64,000 nucleotides of DNA. It comes from Felis catus (Eukaryota). Shown here piece by piece: positions 36,911-49,428 of this stretch. The position numbers and the translations under genes were made by a program. Position 1 is the first letter of the stretch. Each line of letters opens with the position of its first letter. Location: the NCBI RefSeq assembly GCF_018350175.1, contig NC_058368.1, positions 227,790,001 through 227,854,000 on the forward strand, read 5' to 3'. The notes beneath the pieces are model-generated. The model did no database searches and was not told where the DNA came from. It saw nothing but the letters and a program-made list of their open reading frames with translations.

Positions 36911-37505
36911 GCCCTGAAAATATCTGCCAAACTATGCATGTAACTGCTCACATGCAAACCACTCAAAACCACAGCTACCGGAGTGCTAAATCAATATAGA
37001 CTGACAGTGACAAGAGCTTATTTTCCCATAATTAGCAGCAATATAAACAGCATCCTTCTAAGAAGTCCATGAGGTATCTACACTTCAATGATGTTGGAGT
37101 ATCAGCAGACATACTCCTGTTTCACTTTCCTGCAGTAGCCTTACCTGATAAGCTTAACCACCGCTGGTTATTTGGGCAGCTTTACAGTGTATTTTCAGAA
37201 GACAGCCAAGATGTACAGATAGTGTGTGGCTTTATATTTACGCTGCCCATTAGATGAGGGCAAGAGTCACAGGGACAGACACTTCTCATTTATATGTGGA
37301 AAACAAAACAAAACCCCTGTGCTTTGATGTTTAGTGTTTTTGCTTTTAATTAGCAACAAGCTGATTTCTTTCTTGCTTTCTAATTTTAAGAGGAGGGAAG
37401 AAGCCTCAGACTAAAGAATATCCAGGAACAGCAATGAACTAGTCCTTAATCCTCATCAGATTTCAGATAATACTGAGGGTCTACTTAAAAATTATCTTGG
37501 AGCAT

Positions 37506-37624
37506 GAGGCGCCTGGCTGGCTCAGCCAGTAAGGCACGCAACTCTGGATCTCACGGTTCTGAGTTTGAGCCCCATGCTGGGTGTAGAGATTACTTTAAAA
37601 AAATAAATTAAATCATTAAAAAAA
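37506..37624 (+). mobile_element. Short old Can-SINE
   Basis: gaggcgcctggctggctcagccagtaagg...gggtgtagagattacttt. TSD aaaattatcttggagca / aaaattattctggagca. Confidence 0.88.
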
Positions 37625-38427
37625 ATTATTCTGGAGCAACCTATCTGTACCTCTGTGGGTGATTTCTATCTATTCTCTACCAAGTGATATGACAGACCTA
37701 AGAGGAACTCCTAGCCAAACCCTGCCTTTGTCTTCTGTCATCCTAAATAATTTAGATTGTCTAATTTTGGCCTCTGCTTTCTCAGCTGATGGTCTACATT
37801 CAGATGTTACAAAGTCTAGCTAGCCAGCATTACCCTAAATGGTGCAATCTTTGTCTTTCAAACACTGAAAACTTTAGGTTGGCATTCCAAGAGTTTTAGT
37901 CAAAAGTATGATTACTTACAGCGACCAATGAGATACTTAGCCAACGGCCTTTTCTTATAAGGGCAGTATATTTTTGGCGAACTATTATAAAATATTTTGT
38001 TTCTTTTATAAGGGTATAATTTTCTGTGTGTACAGTTTTTGCTGAACCTAAGTCAGTTCTTTCTTTGTGGTCATGCAAACTGAAGCAGTAACAAACCAGA
38101 TGTTTCATGGACTTATTTTCTTGAGCGAATCAGGCTTGGTTGGGTCTTCTGGACAGTCTGGGTATCTTTAATACTCTAGGATTATAAGAATTTCCAACCC
38201 TTTCCCAAAATAGCTTCACGATTCTGATTTCACGAAGGAATGGAATGCTGAAACAGGGATGAGTTCCAGTAATTCCTCTTTACCATAAACTACTAAGATT
38301 CCATCCTTATTCCATCAAATGCTGAAACTGTATATCAAATTGAAACAAAGATGCAAATGCGAATGGTTGAAAAGTGACAAAATGTATTTCTACATACATA
38401 ATATTCTCTTTTAAGAACTTCAAATTA

Positions 38428-38560
38428 GGGCGCCTGGGTGGCTCAGTCAGTTAAGCACCCAACTTCAGCTCAGGTCATGACCTCGCAGTTCATGAGTTCA
38501 AGCCCCACAATGGGCTCTGTGCTGTCAGCACGGAGCCTGCTTTGAATCCTCTGTGTGTGT

Positions 38561-38595
<35 letters not shown>

Positions 38596-38635
38596 CCTCC
38601 CCAGCTCTCTCTCTCTCAAAAAAAGAAAAAGAAAA
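38428..38635 (+). mobile_element. Can-SINE with (GT)n(CT)n tract
   Basis: gggcgcctgggtggctcagtcagttaag head and A-rich tail. Confidence 0.92.
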
Positions 38636-39234
38636 GTTTTACTTTTGGTGACTGCACACACTAGGTACTCAATAGATGCTTGATGCATGAATGAATAAAA
38701 AAAGTTAAAGACTGTTTTAAACAATGGTTAAGGTGAAGGATTTAGCTAAAGACTACCAAAAGCACATCTCAATTTTTAAAAAAAAACAAAAATTTCTAAC
38801 CACAGTATATACAAATTACTACACTGTTTTCACTGAAGGTAGTTTTTTAATTTTAAAAAGTTACTAAAATATTATATCCCTCATAAAGCTATCACAAAGA
38901 ACTTTTCTATTATTACCTCCCTCGTATAGGTCTCATATGAAACTTAACCAACTAACCTTCCAAGCATCTTACAAGAACAGTAATCTCCGGTTCGGGTAAA
39001 CTACAGAGAATGCAGCCAGGAGTGTAAATGAGTCCCATAAAGCATCTCCTTACGTACCTAACACATGGCCCAACTTGCCACCCTCCTATCTCCTCCTCCT
39101 GCTTCTCCCCAACCTCGCCTGCTTTCCAGGTAATCACCTGGAGTCCTGCTTTTCTCAACTGCTTTTTCTTTCGCCTACAAAAATTGGCTACCATTTGTGT
39201 TTAATAACCAGCCCTTTCTAAAATGCTTTATCTA

Positions 39235-39467
39235 GGGGCGCCTGGGTGGCTCAGTCAGTTAAGCATCTGACTTCGGCTCAGGTCACGATCTCCCATTCTG
39301 TGAGTTCGAGCCCCGCGTTGGGCTGTGTGCTGACAGCTCAGAGCCTGGGGCCCGCTTCAGATTCTGTGTCTCCCTCTCTCTCTGACCCTCCCCCGTTCAT
39401 GCTCTGTCTCTCTCTGTCTCAAAAATAAATAAATGTTAAAAAAAATAAAAAATAAAGAAAAATAAAG
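39235..39467 (+). mobile_element. Can-SINE (SINEC_Fc-like)
   Basis: Full length. Perfect 15-bp TSD aaaatgctttatcta at 39220-39234 and 39468-39482. Confidence 0.95.
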
Positions 39468-42400
39468 AAAATGCTTTATCTAATTACCAAATCACTCGAC
39501 AGCTGGTGACAAAACAATTGTATGATCCATGCACTATCAACTTACAGATATTTCCAAGCTAATCCTACAGTACCATCAAGTACTTATCACTTTTAATTCT
39601 CCAAAAATAGATATGAATCTACTGATGGGAGATCCCTTTTTAAAGAACTCACTGTAAAGCCGGTACGAAAAATCTTCTTTAAGAAGTTTAGATAACAACT
39701 TTACCACCACCACTGCACAGAATAAACACAAACAAGTTACAATGCATTTCACTGAGAGGCACTTTGTGATAGTAACTCAAGCGCTCCAATCAAATAAAAC
39801 TAAGAATGTCATAGACTTGATAGCTACCCACAACAGAAGCCCATGTATAAAGAATTCATAAAACAGGGCAGGTTATTTCCTGGGAGTTAGCGGTAAAGCC
39901 AGAGCAGTAACCCAAAATCTCCACCTCTGAAACAAAATCTCTCACTTTAGTCACTATTTATACCTGTAGTCAGAAGGGAGATATTCAGACATACCAATTA
40001 GTGATCATCAAAAATGACATCGTCCTACAAAAGTAAAGAATATGGAAATGTGGGAACACTTTATTAAAAATGTAACTGTTGTACTGTCAAATAAAACTGT
40101 GTCAGAGAAGAACATGATGTAAAAATAAAATTGGGGACCTTCCCAACTATAAAAGAAAAAAGAATGAAAAAAAAGGCAGTCGTAATACCCATTAAGAATA
40201 TAACAGAGGTGATGAACAAAAGCAGACCAGGATGTCTTAAATTTCCCTTTAATTCTGTCCTACACAAAGAACAAGAAACTTAATCCATGCATTCACCTCA
40301 CATAACCCAACTAAAAAGTAAAAATCAAACAGTAGGAGTCAAAAGTCTCACCCTGTAAGTAGTGGCTCTGAGGACACTGACTGTAGAGGTCACCTACTGA
40401 CCGCCAGCATTGGCTGTGGGATCTGGGTGGCGACGTTGGCAAGGCCTCCCTGCTCTTTTCACCCTGGGGAAAAGGCCAGGGCCTGACCCAGGAGAGGAAC
40501 ACCAGACTCCGATTTCTTAGTGACACTTCCAACAATGAATTTGCATTTCAACACAGGTTATTTAAAAAATCAGGCTTAAGGGTAGATCGGTAATTAAAAT
40601 GAAAAAGGTGGACCGAGAGGAGCATGAATTTAAATATGTCTCCTGCAAATAACAATGAACTCACAAGCCCTGGTGCCCACCAACAAGTCAAAGAAGCCAA
40701 ATAACCCAAACAAACGGAAGGCTAGTTCAAAGGGCAGCATTCCAATCAGAAAGAGGTAAAGATATGCACACACAAGCAATTCCGGTGCTAGAGAACAGTG
40801 CTCAAAACAACACAAAAGCCTGTTTTTCTACTATGGGGAAACAGAAAATTGGAAATTCACCCTCTTCAAAATCTAGTACAAGGGAGAAATGAACAGATTT
40901 ATATCAAGCTGTATAGGCCACGCTCTGCTGCCAAATACTCGGATTCATCAGAGGATCTCCTGTTCTAAAACTATGAATAACATATTTGCGTCCACTTATT
41001 CACCTATGTGGGACCTCCCCATTCAGGGGACGCCAGGGCACACATAAAGTGTGTGTCTCACATTAGGCTACATTAACAGTACAGAACACCTGGTCATGAA
41101 TTAAGCACATGGCACTTTTCATGGATGATAAGACCCATGAAATCAGCGACAAAGCGTTTCACTGACTTCAGGATGGCACAGTGGGTGTGATGCTGTGAAT
41201 GTTTACACCTGTGAACACAGCCAGTTTTCACAGTTATTCAGCGTTCTTTTCAATTTTACAAACGTAAGGCAGAGTCCTACAAACTTTTCCAAGGATCACG
41301 CCAGACATGACTACCTTCTTGAAGGGTACCTACACTCAGATAAATGTGAAGAACCAGCTTGTAAATCCCTCCATAGTCTTTCCTCTCTTGATTTGCTCTG
41401 GCTTCCCAGCATCACACGACTGACTATCAGTGGATTCTGATCTATAGACAAAAAGCACAATCATCAGTAAAGAGAACTTATGGGAGGGACTGGTCCCGCC
41501 CTCCATAAGCAAGAAATGACTCTTTGGGTAATCAGGTAAGGCAAGAGCACCAGTCTGACTCAAAGAGAACGTGTCTGCATTACACCCCTTGGGCGGAAGG
41601 CTGGTGCTGATGGCTCTTCACAGCACACACTCAGCATGAAGCTGCTTCTCGAGGACAGGGAAGAAGCTCCTCACAGGTCTGCACCTGGCTTGTCTCCCAC
41701 CACACCTGACCCCCAGCAGCCTTTCCCTCAATAATGTTTGTGGCACCTGGCACTTCATCCAAGGCAGGCCCCGGAAATCAGCACCTTGGAGGGCTAGGAT
41801 TCTCAGGCCTTACCAACAGCTAAGCTTTGAAAACTCGTCATCTTTCCCTGAAATACCTTCTCTTTAAAGGATAGTGTGTTTCTGAATCCCTTACCTTGTA
41901 GAAACATGTTGACCTATTTATGAAAAACTGGGTTGGCCTCATATTGATGTGTAATATTTTAAAAGGGCCTGTGGCCTGCTTTCAGATTTATAAAGTTTTG
42001 AAGGGGGTGAGGGGTGGGGTCCCAGAAATGAAAGTGAAGTATGGGAAAGGGAAGACCAAGAAGGACCTGAAACACTCTTAACGGGCTTATGGAAAGCTCT
42101 CCTATAAAAACATTCCCAAGAGAAAATCTTACCCATGCTGTTTTGCCCAATGTGACCTTTCCACAAAGTACTCAATGAGAAATCAACTCATGAAAAATAA
42201 AAACACTCAGAGGTGACTAGATCTTAAATCTCAAAGGAAACCTGATAAAAGATGCCCCTTCACCCTCCACTGTGCCCGGTCAAGCCCAGTAATCATTCAG
42301 CAGATGTGGATCAGGGTCCACAGTGAGTGAGCACAGCCAGTCTGGAGACAAGGATTCCACGGGAGGATGCGTACCCACGCAAGGAGCCTGGGTCCCCAGG

Positions 42401-42534
42401 ATTAGCTAATTGTTCACGGTAAACAGCAAGCAGACCGAGAGCAGCATCACGAACACAGCCTCCTCTGCAGCGGCCTGTGCCCACACGCCACCCGCACACA
42501 AGCACGCTGCGGCTGCGAGAGCGCATGGGCCGTC

Positions 42535-42606
42535 CTCCTCCTGCTCCTCCCCTGCTTCTCCTCCCCCCCCCTCCTCCTCGTCCTGCTCCCCCTCCTCCCT
42601 CTCCCC
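42535..42606. repeat. Imperfect (CCT)n low-complexity tract
   Basis: cctcctcctgctcctcccctgcttctcctcccccccc... read directly. Confidence 0.8.
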
Positions 42607-42714
42607 ACAACGTTCTACTAGACAGGACGTGGGCGCCTCTGGCCCATGTTTGTTGACTTCAGAGTTACCGCTTCACGGCAGCCTCCTGCCATTGGACACT
42701 GGGATGCAGCGTTC

Positions 42715-42800
42715 ACCTTCTCGTTCATTCGGCAAACATTTAGTAGGCACCGACTGGGCGCTGGGGATACACAGGTGAGTAAGATTCGGCCTCCATATAA
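42715..42800 (-). mobile_element. L2 3' end remnant
   Basis: 'ttcattcggcaaacatttagtaggcaccgactgggcgctggggatacacaggtgagtaag' is like an antisense L2 terminus. Confidence 0.6.
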
Positions 42801-45800
42801 ATTACAGCTTAGGAAATAAAATCTCAGGAGGAAATTATATGATGCGAGGGCCACGGTGAGTCGATGGGATTATGAAGAATAATATGCCAACCTTAGGGAA
42901 AGGGATTACATTACCTTCAAAAGAAGAACCATCAGGTTTATCTGCTAAACCAAATTTATTAGAATCACCATAAAATGAAAAGTTCGCATTAGATAAAACT
43001 ACGGTGCAGGAGCAGGCGGGATGGGGCCTCGTGCCTCGGGGCAGAGGAGGAAGGGGAGCCACCAGGACAGTGCTTTCCTCCCAGCTCAAGACTGTTCAGG
43101 TGCCCGGCACAATCCAGACTCCCCACGGGGAGCATTCCTGCCCCAGGAACCAAACTCTTCTCCCCAACTGCCTCCAGCAAGGTCTACCAATGCCTATGCG
43201 CGGCACTGTCACTTTTGAATGGCTGAAGAAGAGAAAACAAGAGAAATGCAGGAAAAAAAGGAAGAAATGTGCAAAAGAGGGATTTAAAAAAGAAAGATAA
43301 GAAGCCCACTTAGTAAAGCGAGGCATTCATCCATTTAATAAGTCCGGAATCTGTGTGCGAGCCCCTCGCAGCCAACCCGCCATCCCGTTCTAGCAGACTT
43401 TATCAGCTCTGGAGGCTAGAAAACCAGAGACTTGTGGAGAGAGTTCACACAGTCTGAATGAGGGCACCTGACGGCTATTTATAGGGTCCAGGGGCCTTTT
43501 TGAAAAGCTCACTTCTGGGCAGATGGGGCTGTGTTTGAGAAGGGCTGAGGCTGTAAGAATGACCTCTGGGTGAGTCACGTGTAAACAGAGGAAAGTCCCT
43601 GTGAAGGGCACAGAGACACAGAGCCCCAGAAAGAAAGATGGATGGTCAACAGGAAGAATAAAATAAAAATACAGCTACTGGGAAGTTTAGGGGGGTACTG
43701 CGTTCATTCATCTGTTTTTCTTGAGAGTGTCCTTCCTTGACTGAGAGATGGCTAACTCCACAAACACTGCACATCCAAGGGCCTAAGGAAAAGGGCCTGT
43801 TTTCTTGCTCATGGTTTCGGGGCCTCTCGTGCCCTTAGTACATTTAGTAAACAATTCAATGGGCAAAATGGCAGTGACACTTAAGGGCACGGGCCTATAT
43901 GTGGAAAGCTGAATTTGAATTAACCACTCACACACTCCTAAGAGGAAATTCCTCCTGCAGACGCAACGCACAAGGGAATAATTTTAGAAGATCGTTAAGA
44001 GGAAAAGGACAATCACACCAACACCAGTAGGTCAGCTGAGAGAGACAGAAGAGGAGTCAGTCACTCCAACTCTGACCAAAGACAAAAGAGTAGACCACCC
44101 TACCAATGAGAAATAGGGTCATGGAAAGCCACCCAGTGACTCTCCAAACCCATTTGGCTGGGAGGTCATGGTCCTAGCCCTTCTGAAGCAATCTCAGGAG
44201 AACTAGATCCTGGGCTTTGACACCAGGAGCCTTTCTGCCCTTGAGGCAAATTGTATCTCGGGCGGGCAGATTCCACGGTCAGTCTGGCCTCACCACCATG
44301 GCAGGTGGCTTTACAGAGCCAAATAACCTCCCCTCAAGCCACACATTTTGATAATTGGGTAATTTCATCCCCATTCACTCGGGCCAGTGCCAATACACTG
44401 GATAATTCCCATGAGGGTGAGCCAGCCTTGCTGAATGGTGTGCCATGTTTATCAGAGAAATTAAGGCTTAATCACGCTTTTTCCTCACTCCTATCATGGC
44501 TCCAAGGCCTCTGATAAGATGGTTTTTCTGATGCTTTTGATATAATTACTGAACACTTTTTTTTTTTTTAATTTTCTAGCACTGACATAGGGGTGTCAAA
44601 GGATTTAAGTCATCTGAATGATTCATCCTGAAGGAGGAATTACTACATCCAGTGGAGTTGGGTTCACAGGGGACCTGCCTGTTCCACTGCTGGGTGGCAT
44701 CAGAAACTGCCATCAGTACAAGTGGCACAGGCTGGTGAAGAAACGCTCAAGCAGAGAAAAGTTCAAGGAGAAGTGTCCTGGACTGTTAACGTCTGGACTC
44801 AGTTTAAAACACACACTTACACACAAGCAATTCAGGAATAGTCTGGAAGCTGGAAAACTAACTTGTTAATCTCCTTTGCAAGTTACTATTAAAGTACGGC
44901 GCATGAAAATGAGACTCATGAAAATGTATGTAGGGACAGCCTGTTAAGATTCCTGAATACTTTAAGAATGTGAGAATAAAGAAATCTAAAAATCATGTTA
45001 ACATACGTGTAACTACAAGAACCTAAAAAACAAGGTAAGTTTTACTGAGTCTTTAAACTACACTCACAGGGTTATCATTAATCCTTCCTTAATTTGAAGC
45101 CGTTTACGTATACATCCACTCTGCCCACATGCACAATGTAAATGTTAAGCCACTGTGTGTGTGTGCGTGCGCGTGTGTGTGCGCACCAGAATGGCAGTCG
45201 AGCTGCGTTTCCCCACAAGAGACACAGAATAACTGTCCTTGACAATCGTCCAGAATTATCCTACGTCCAGAATCGTCCTACGGTCTTTAACAGTTGCGTG
45301 TCAGGCCACAAACTGAAACAGGAAATGAGAAAACAAATTTCAGAAAAACTCTTACAGAAAATACGCTTTTCATCATCATAAAATAAGACACCTTGGAAGT
45401 GAATATGTTGTCTGAATCTACACGGTCTTGTACTATTCCTTTGTGAGCAAAGCTCCTAGACGACGACTCAATTTCCATCAAAGCCAGGAGATAAAAATTA
45501 TCCCTGACTGGTACCGTCAAAATAATAAGGGAGAGTATGAAATCTGTAACTGGAACTGGAAAAAAAAAAAAAAAAAAAGCAAATTACAAATGGGTCCCTA
45601 AAGCACAAGTAGAGAGGACACTCCTACCATGCTTCAAATATTTTTCCCACCTCACATTGCTGCCACTGGGTACTGTGTGTGACATATGTAACACCCATTT
45701 TAAACCTCGGTATGAAGTCTGCCATTTTTACAGGTGTAAGAACAAAGTAAGAACCGATATTTTTAAATGTTCTCAAGTGTCAGTACAAAGAATATGGGCT

Positions 45801-46159
45801 AGAAGAGTGTTAGATTACAAGCCATCTGTTCTGATAATTTACGATGTGATTTCTCTAATCTCCTTCAACACTACACAACATCTCTATGGCAACAAGTAGC
45901 TTCAAATTCAAGTTTGGAGCACCAATTATGCCTTTAGTCTGCTCGTATAGCAGAAAGGAAGACTGGTCGGCGAGCTCCTCAATGAACCAGGATCTTCTCC
46001 TTCAGGAAGGCTGTTCCCGTCACAAATGAGCTACACTCAACTTTCTCCGTTATCTCCAGATACGTAAATGAGATGATTCTGTACACTGCACATATCACAC
46101 CTTACACAGAACTGGCCATGGCCCGATAACCCACAACCAATTCGTGTGCCTTGCCATAA

Positions 46160-46470
46160 CAGAGTGGTTCCCACACCGTTGTGCACCTGAATTACCGGTA
46201 GGGCACATCCAAAGTCCAGATTCCAGGGCTCTATTCTAGAACTACTCCATCAGAATCGCTAGGGATTCTATAATTTAAAGAAACTTTCCAGGTGGGGCAC
46301 TTAGCTGGCTCAGGAGGAAGAGCATGCAACCCTCGACCTCAGGGTTATGGGTTCAAGTCCCATGCTGGGTGTAAAGATTACTAAAAAAAAAAAAAGAATC
46401 TTTTTAACTTTAAAAAAAGAACTTTTCAGGCAATTCTGAAAAGTAGTCCAGTTGAAGAACCACAGGTGTA
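46160..46470. mobile_element. MER5A-like hAT MITE interrupted by a SINE
   Basis: Ends 'agagtggttccca' and 'ttgaagaaccacag'; internal 'cagattccagggctctattctagaactactccatcagaatc'. Confidence 0.6.
46294..46418 (+). mobile_element. Short old Can-SINE
   Basis: ggggcacttagctggctcaggagg...gggtgtaaagattactaaaaaa. Approximate TSD aagaaactttccagg / aagaacttttcagg. Confidence 0.85.
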
Positions 46471-48718
46471 GATCACAAGCATCTGCAGTGCCCTGTGCTG
46501 GCAGCCCAGCAGCTCATACTCAGAAGGACTAACCCCATCCCAACAAAACCTGAAGCAGAGTGCTGTCCACACCAGGTGCCCTGCCAGCACGGACAGCCAG
46601 CGTGAGGCCAGAAGAGGATGGACAAGTGCCGTTTCCCAAAGTGAGTGAGGCCTGAGTTGAGTCAGTTAAGACAGCCAAAAAGAAGAGGGAACACCCAATA
46701 CAAAAACAGGTGGCAGACCACAGACACAGAATGGGGGAGGGGAGCACGGGGCTCACAGAGGCTGATAGGGCCACGCCGACCAGAAGCTTCTCCCGAGGCT
46801 GGCCCAGCTAGCCCGGATGGTGTGACGAGGTCTGAAACTCAGAAATGCGTGTCCATGACTCACACAAGGACTTGGTCACAAAGCACCCTTTCTAGACCAG
46901 CAAAGAAAAAGAAGAGTGTAGGTCATGGAGAACAGAGAAGGGTTCTTCCCTAGTCTTTACTAAAACCCTCATCTGTGACACAGGAAAATACCACATCCAT
47001 CGAGAACGTGCAATAAATGAGACCTAATATTCTATGCCTTTTAAGGAGCATCTCGGATTTCATTTTCACCTTGAGAGCGATTCCAATTAGGTAGACGTGA
47101 GCGAGTTGATCACCTCTTACAATTTTAATTTCTACATTATTCCCCAGCACATCTTTAAAAGAGGCCAAAAGAGGGAATCTGCCTAATCATCTTGCCTCTT
47201 TAGAATATAAACTCCCACTGGCCAGAGTATTATTTCTGTCTTCTCCAGCTGTATGGCACCTGGCATGTTGATGTGCTCAGGGATAAACAGCTCATTCATG
47301 ACACGGTCCCATGTATACTGAATAATGCCCATAAAGTCCTTTGAAGATGAAAGCCACTTCAAGTGCTAAGTAATTCTGAGTTAGGCATTTAAGACTGAGA
47401 AACAAAGATGACAGACCAAACACCATAAAAAGGTCACCGCCCAGCAGGAAGGCTCTTGTTCTGCCAGACCTCTGGTCCTTTCGCAGGCATACCACACAAC
47501 AGACCAAACCCCAATGTGCTTTATGTGTTTTTAATGTATATAATCAGGGGAAAGGCTTCAAAATGCTAAAAAGAATGGAAGTCTTCAGTGGCTCAGGGGT
47601 GGGGAGAAATGAGTTGGGGGTTGTTTTCTCATATCTTCTCTACATTTGGAAACTTGGCGACCAATGAGCCCTCTTTAAAAAAAAAAAAAAAAAAGTCTTC
47701 ATGGTTTGTTTCTTTCAGGGACCATCCCCTAAAGTAATTTCAAAGCCCCACAAGTTTTTCCTTTCTGAGAAGTCTCCTAAGTGGAAGCTAAAATACTCTG
47801 CATGAAGTGTCATCTCGATTCTAAAACAGGCACAATGAAAATTACAGCAGAGCATATGTGATTTTATGCAAATTCATAGTTTCTGTCTTAGAGTCTAACA
47901 CGTACTCCACGTCTCAGTCGTGTATGCGAGTGAACAGAACGGATGCCAGTGTTCACGAATACAGAACTCACACTAGCAAGAGCACCCTGCCTGCAAGTTC
48001 TACTGCAAAGACATTGTCTCTCCCTGCAACCTCCCCAGAGTGTTTATTAGAAAGACTAAAGTACCATCAGCTTGAACTATTTCAGGTGTGCCTTCCACTA
48101 TCCCACAACACCCACCCAAGCAAAAGGTGTCCTGTCCTCTTTGACTGAAACCCTCTAAAGCTTTCACCGAGATAGTTAATCCAAAGTTTTCTAAGAAATT
48201 ACCAAATATACCATCAAATCATAACTGAACTCCATCAGATCTTACCCATAATACTACTCTCTTTCAAAGGAGTCATTTCATTGCTTTCCCTCCCTGACAC
48301 CAAAAAAACAGGAAGTAGGAAGCTCCCTAATGGTGTCAAAGGCCTCGGTGTCATGTGCACAGCAGAGCAGGGGAAACCATCAGCAGGCTGACCCTGAGTT
48401 CACCCAGATACCCACTCTTGAAAGAAGGTCACTATGCACTTGGCATCCTCACATCTGTCCCTAGGAGCTACCTGATCTGCGGCAAGTTAAAAAAACCTCT
48501 CCGAGCTCCCTTCCTCAGGTATCAAATGGATGTCACTTCAATATGTACCTTGCAGGGGACTAGGAAAATTAAATAGATGGTGCACAGTAAGCACTCAATA
48601 AATGAAGCTGTTTAAGAATATGAAATGTGTTACCAATTTAGCCATGACCTTTTTTCTTCTTCTGTTAATATATAACTTACGTACTACAAAATTCACCCTG
48701 TTAAAGTATACCATTCAT

Positions 48719-48932
48719 GGGGCACGTAGGTGGCTCAGTCGGTTAAGCGACCGACTTCAGCTCAGAGCAGGACCTCACAGTTCATGAGTTCAAGCCCCGT
48801 GTCAGGCTCTGTGCTGACAGCTCAGAGCCTGGAGCCTGCTTCAGATTCTGTGTCTCCCTCTCTCTGCCCCTCCCCTGTTCGTGCTCGCTTGCTAAGACTA
48901 AATAAACATTAAAAAAAAATTTTTTTAATAAA
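48719..48932 (+). mobile_element. Can-SINE (first of tandem pair)
   Basis: Head, body and tail; flanked by taaagtataccattca. Confidence 0.93.
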
Positions 48933-48948
48933 TAAAGTATACCATTCA

Positions 48949-49137
48949 CAGCACCTGAGTGGCTCAGTCAGCTAAGCATGGACTTTGGCTCAGGCCATGA
49001 TCTCACAGTTTGTGAGTTTCAACCCTGCATCAGGCACTCTGCTGTCAGCTCAGAGCCCACTTTGGATCCTCGGTCTCTCCCTCTCTGCTCCTCCCTCGCC
49101 CGTGCTCTCTCAATAAATAAAATGTTAAAATAAAAAA
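48949..49137 (+). mobile_element. Can-SINE (second of tandem pair)
   Basis: cagcacctgagtggctcagtcagctaag head and tail; flanked by taaagtataccattca. Confidence 0.92.
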
Positions 49138-49323
49138 TAAAGTATACCATTCAGTGGTTTTTAGTACATTCAATGTTGTGCAACCACAGCCACTACCTAA
49201 TTTCAGAACATCTTCATCACCCAAGACTTTCTCCAGATTGCCTGACCCATTAGCAGTCATTCCCACTCTCCCTAGGCATGACCTTTTATTCTCCAAATTT
49301 TCTAAATATCAAAAGCCTTTCCT

Positions 49324-49428
49324 GGGGTGTCTGGCTGGCTCAGTTGATGGAGCACTCAACATCTGATCTCAGGGTTGGGAGTTCTGGCCCAACACTGGGC
49401 ATGAAGCCTATTAAAAAAAAAAAAAAAG
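49324..49428 (+). mobile_element. Short old Can-SINE
   Basis: ggggtgtctggctggctcagttgatggagc followed by poly-A. Confidence 0.82.

Larger units (their letters stand above)
48650..49270 (-). mobile_element. L1 (L1MB-like) 3' end split by two SINEs
   Basis: 'acaaaattcaccctgttaaagtataccattca' continues after the SINEs as 'gtggtttttagtacattcaatgttgtgcaaccacagccactacctaatttcagaacatcttcatcaccc'. Confidence 0.75.

Noticed and set aside
45247..45282. 17-bp two-copy repeat cgtccagaat(ta/cg)tccta
   Set aside because: Simple slippage duplication with no spacers; not CRISPR-like, and the DNA is eukaryotic.
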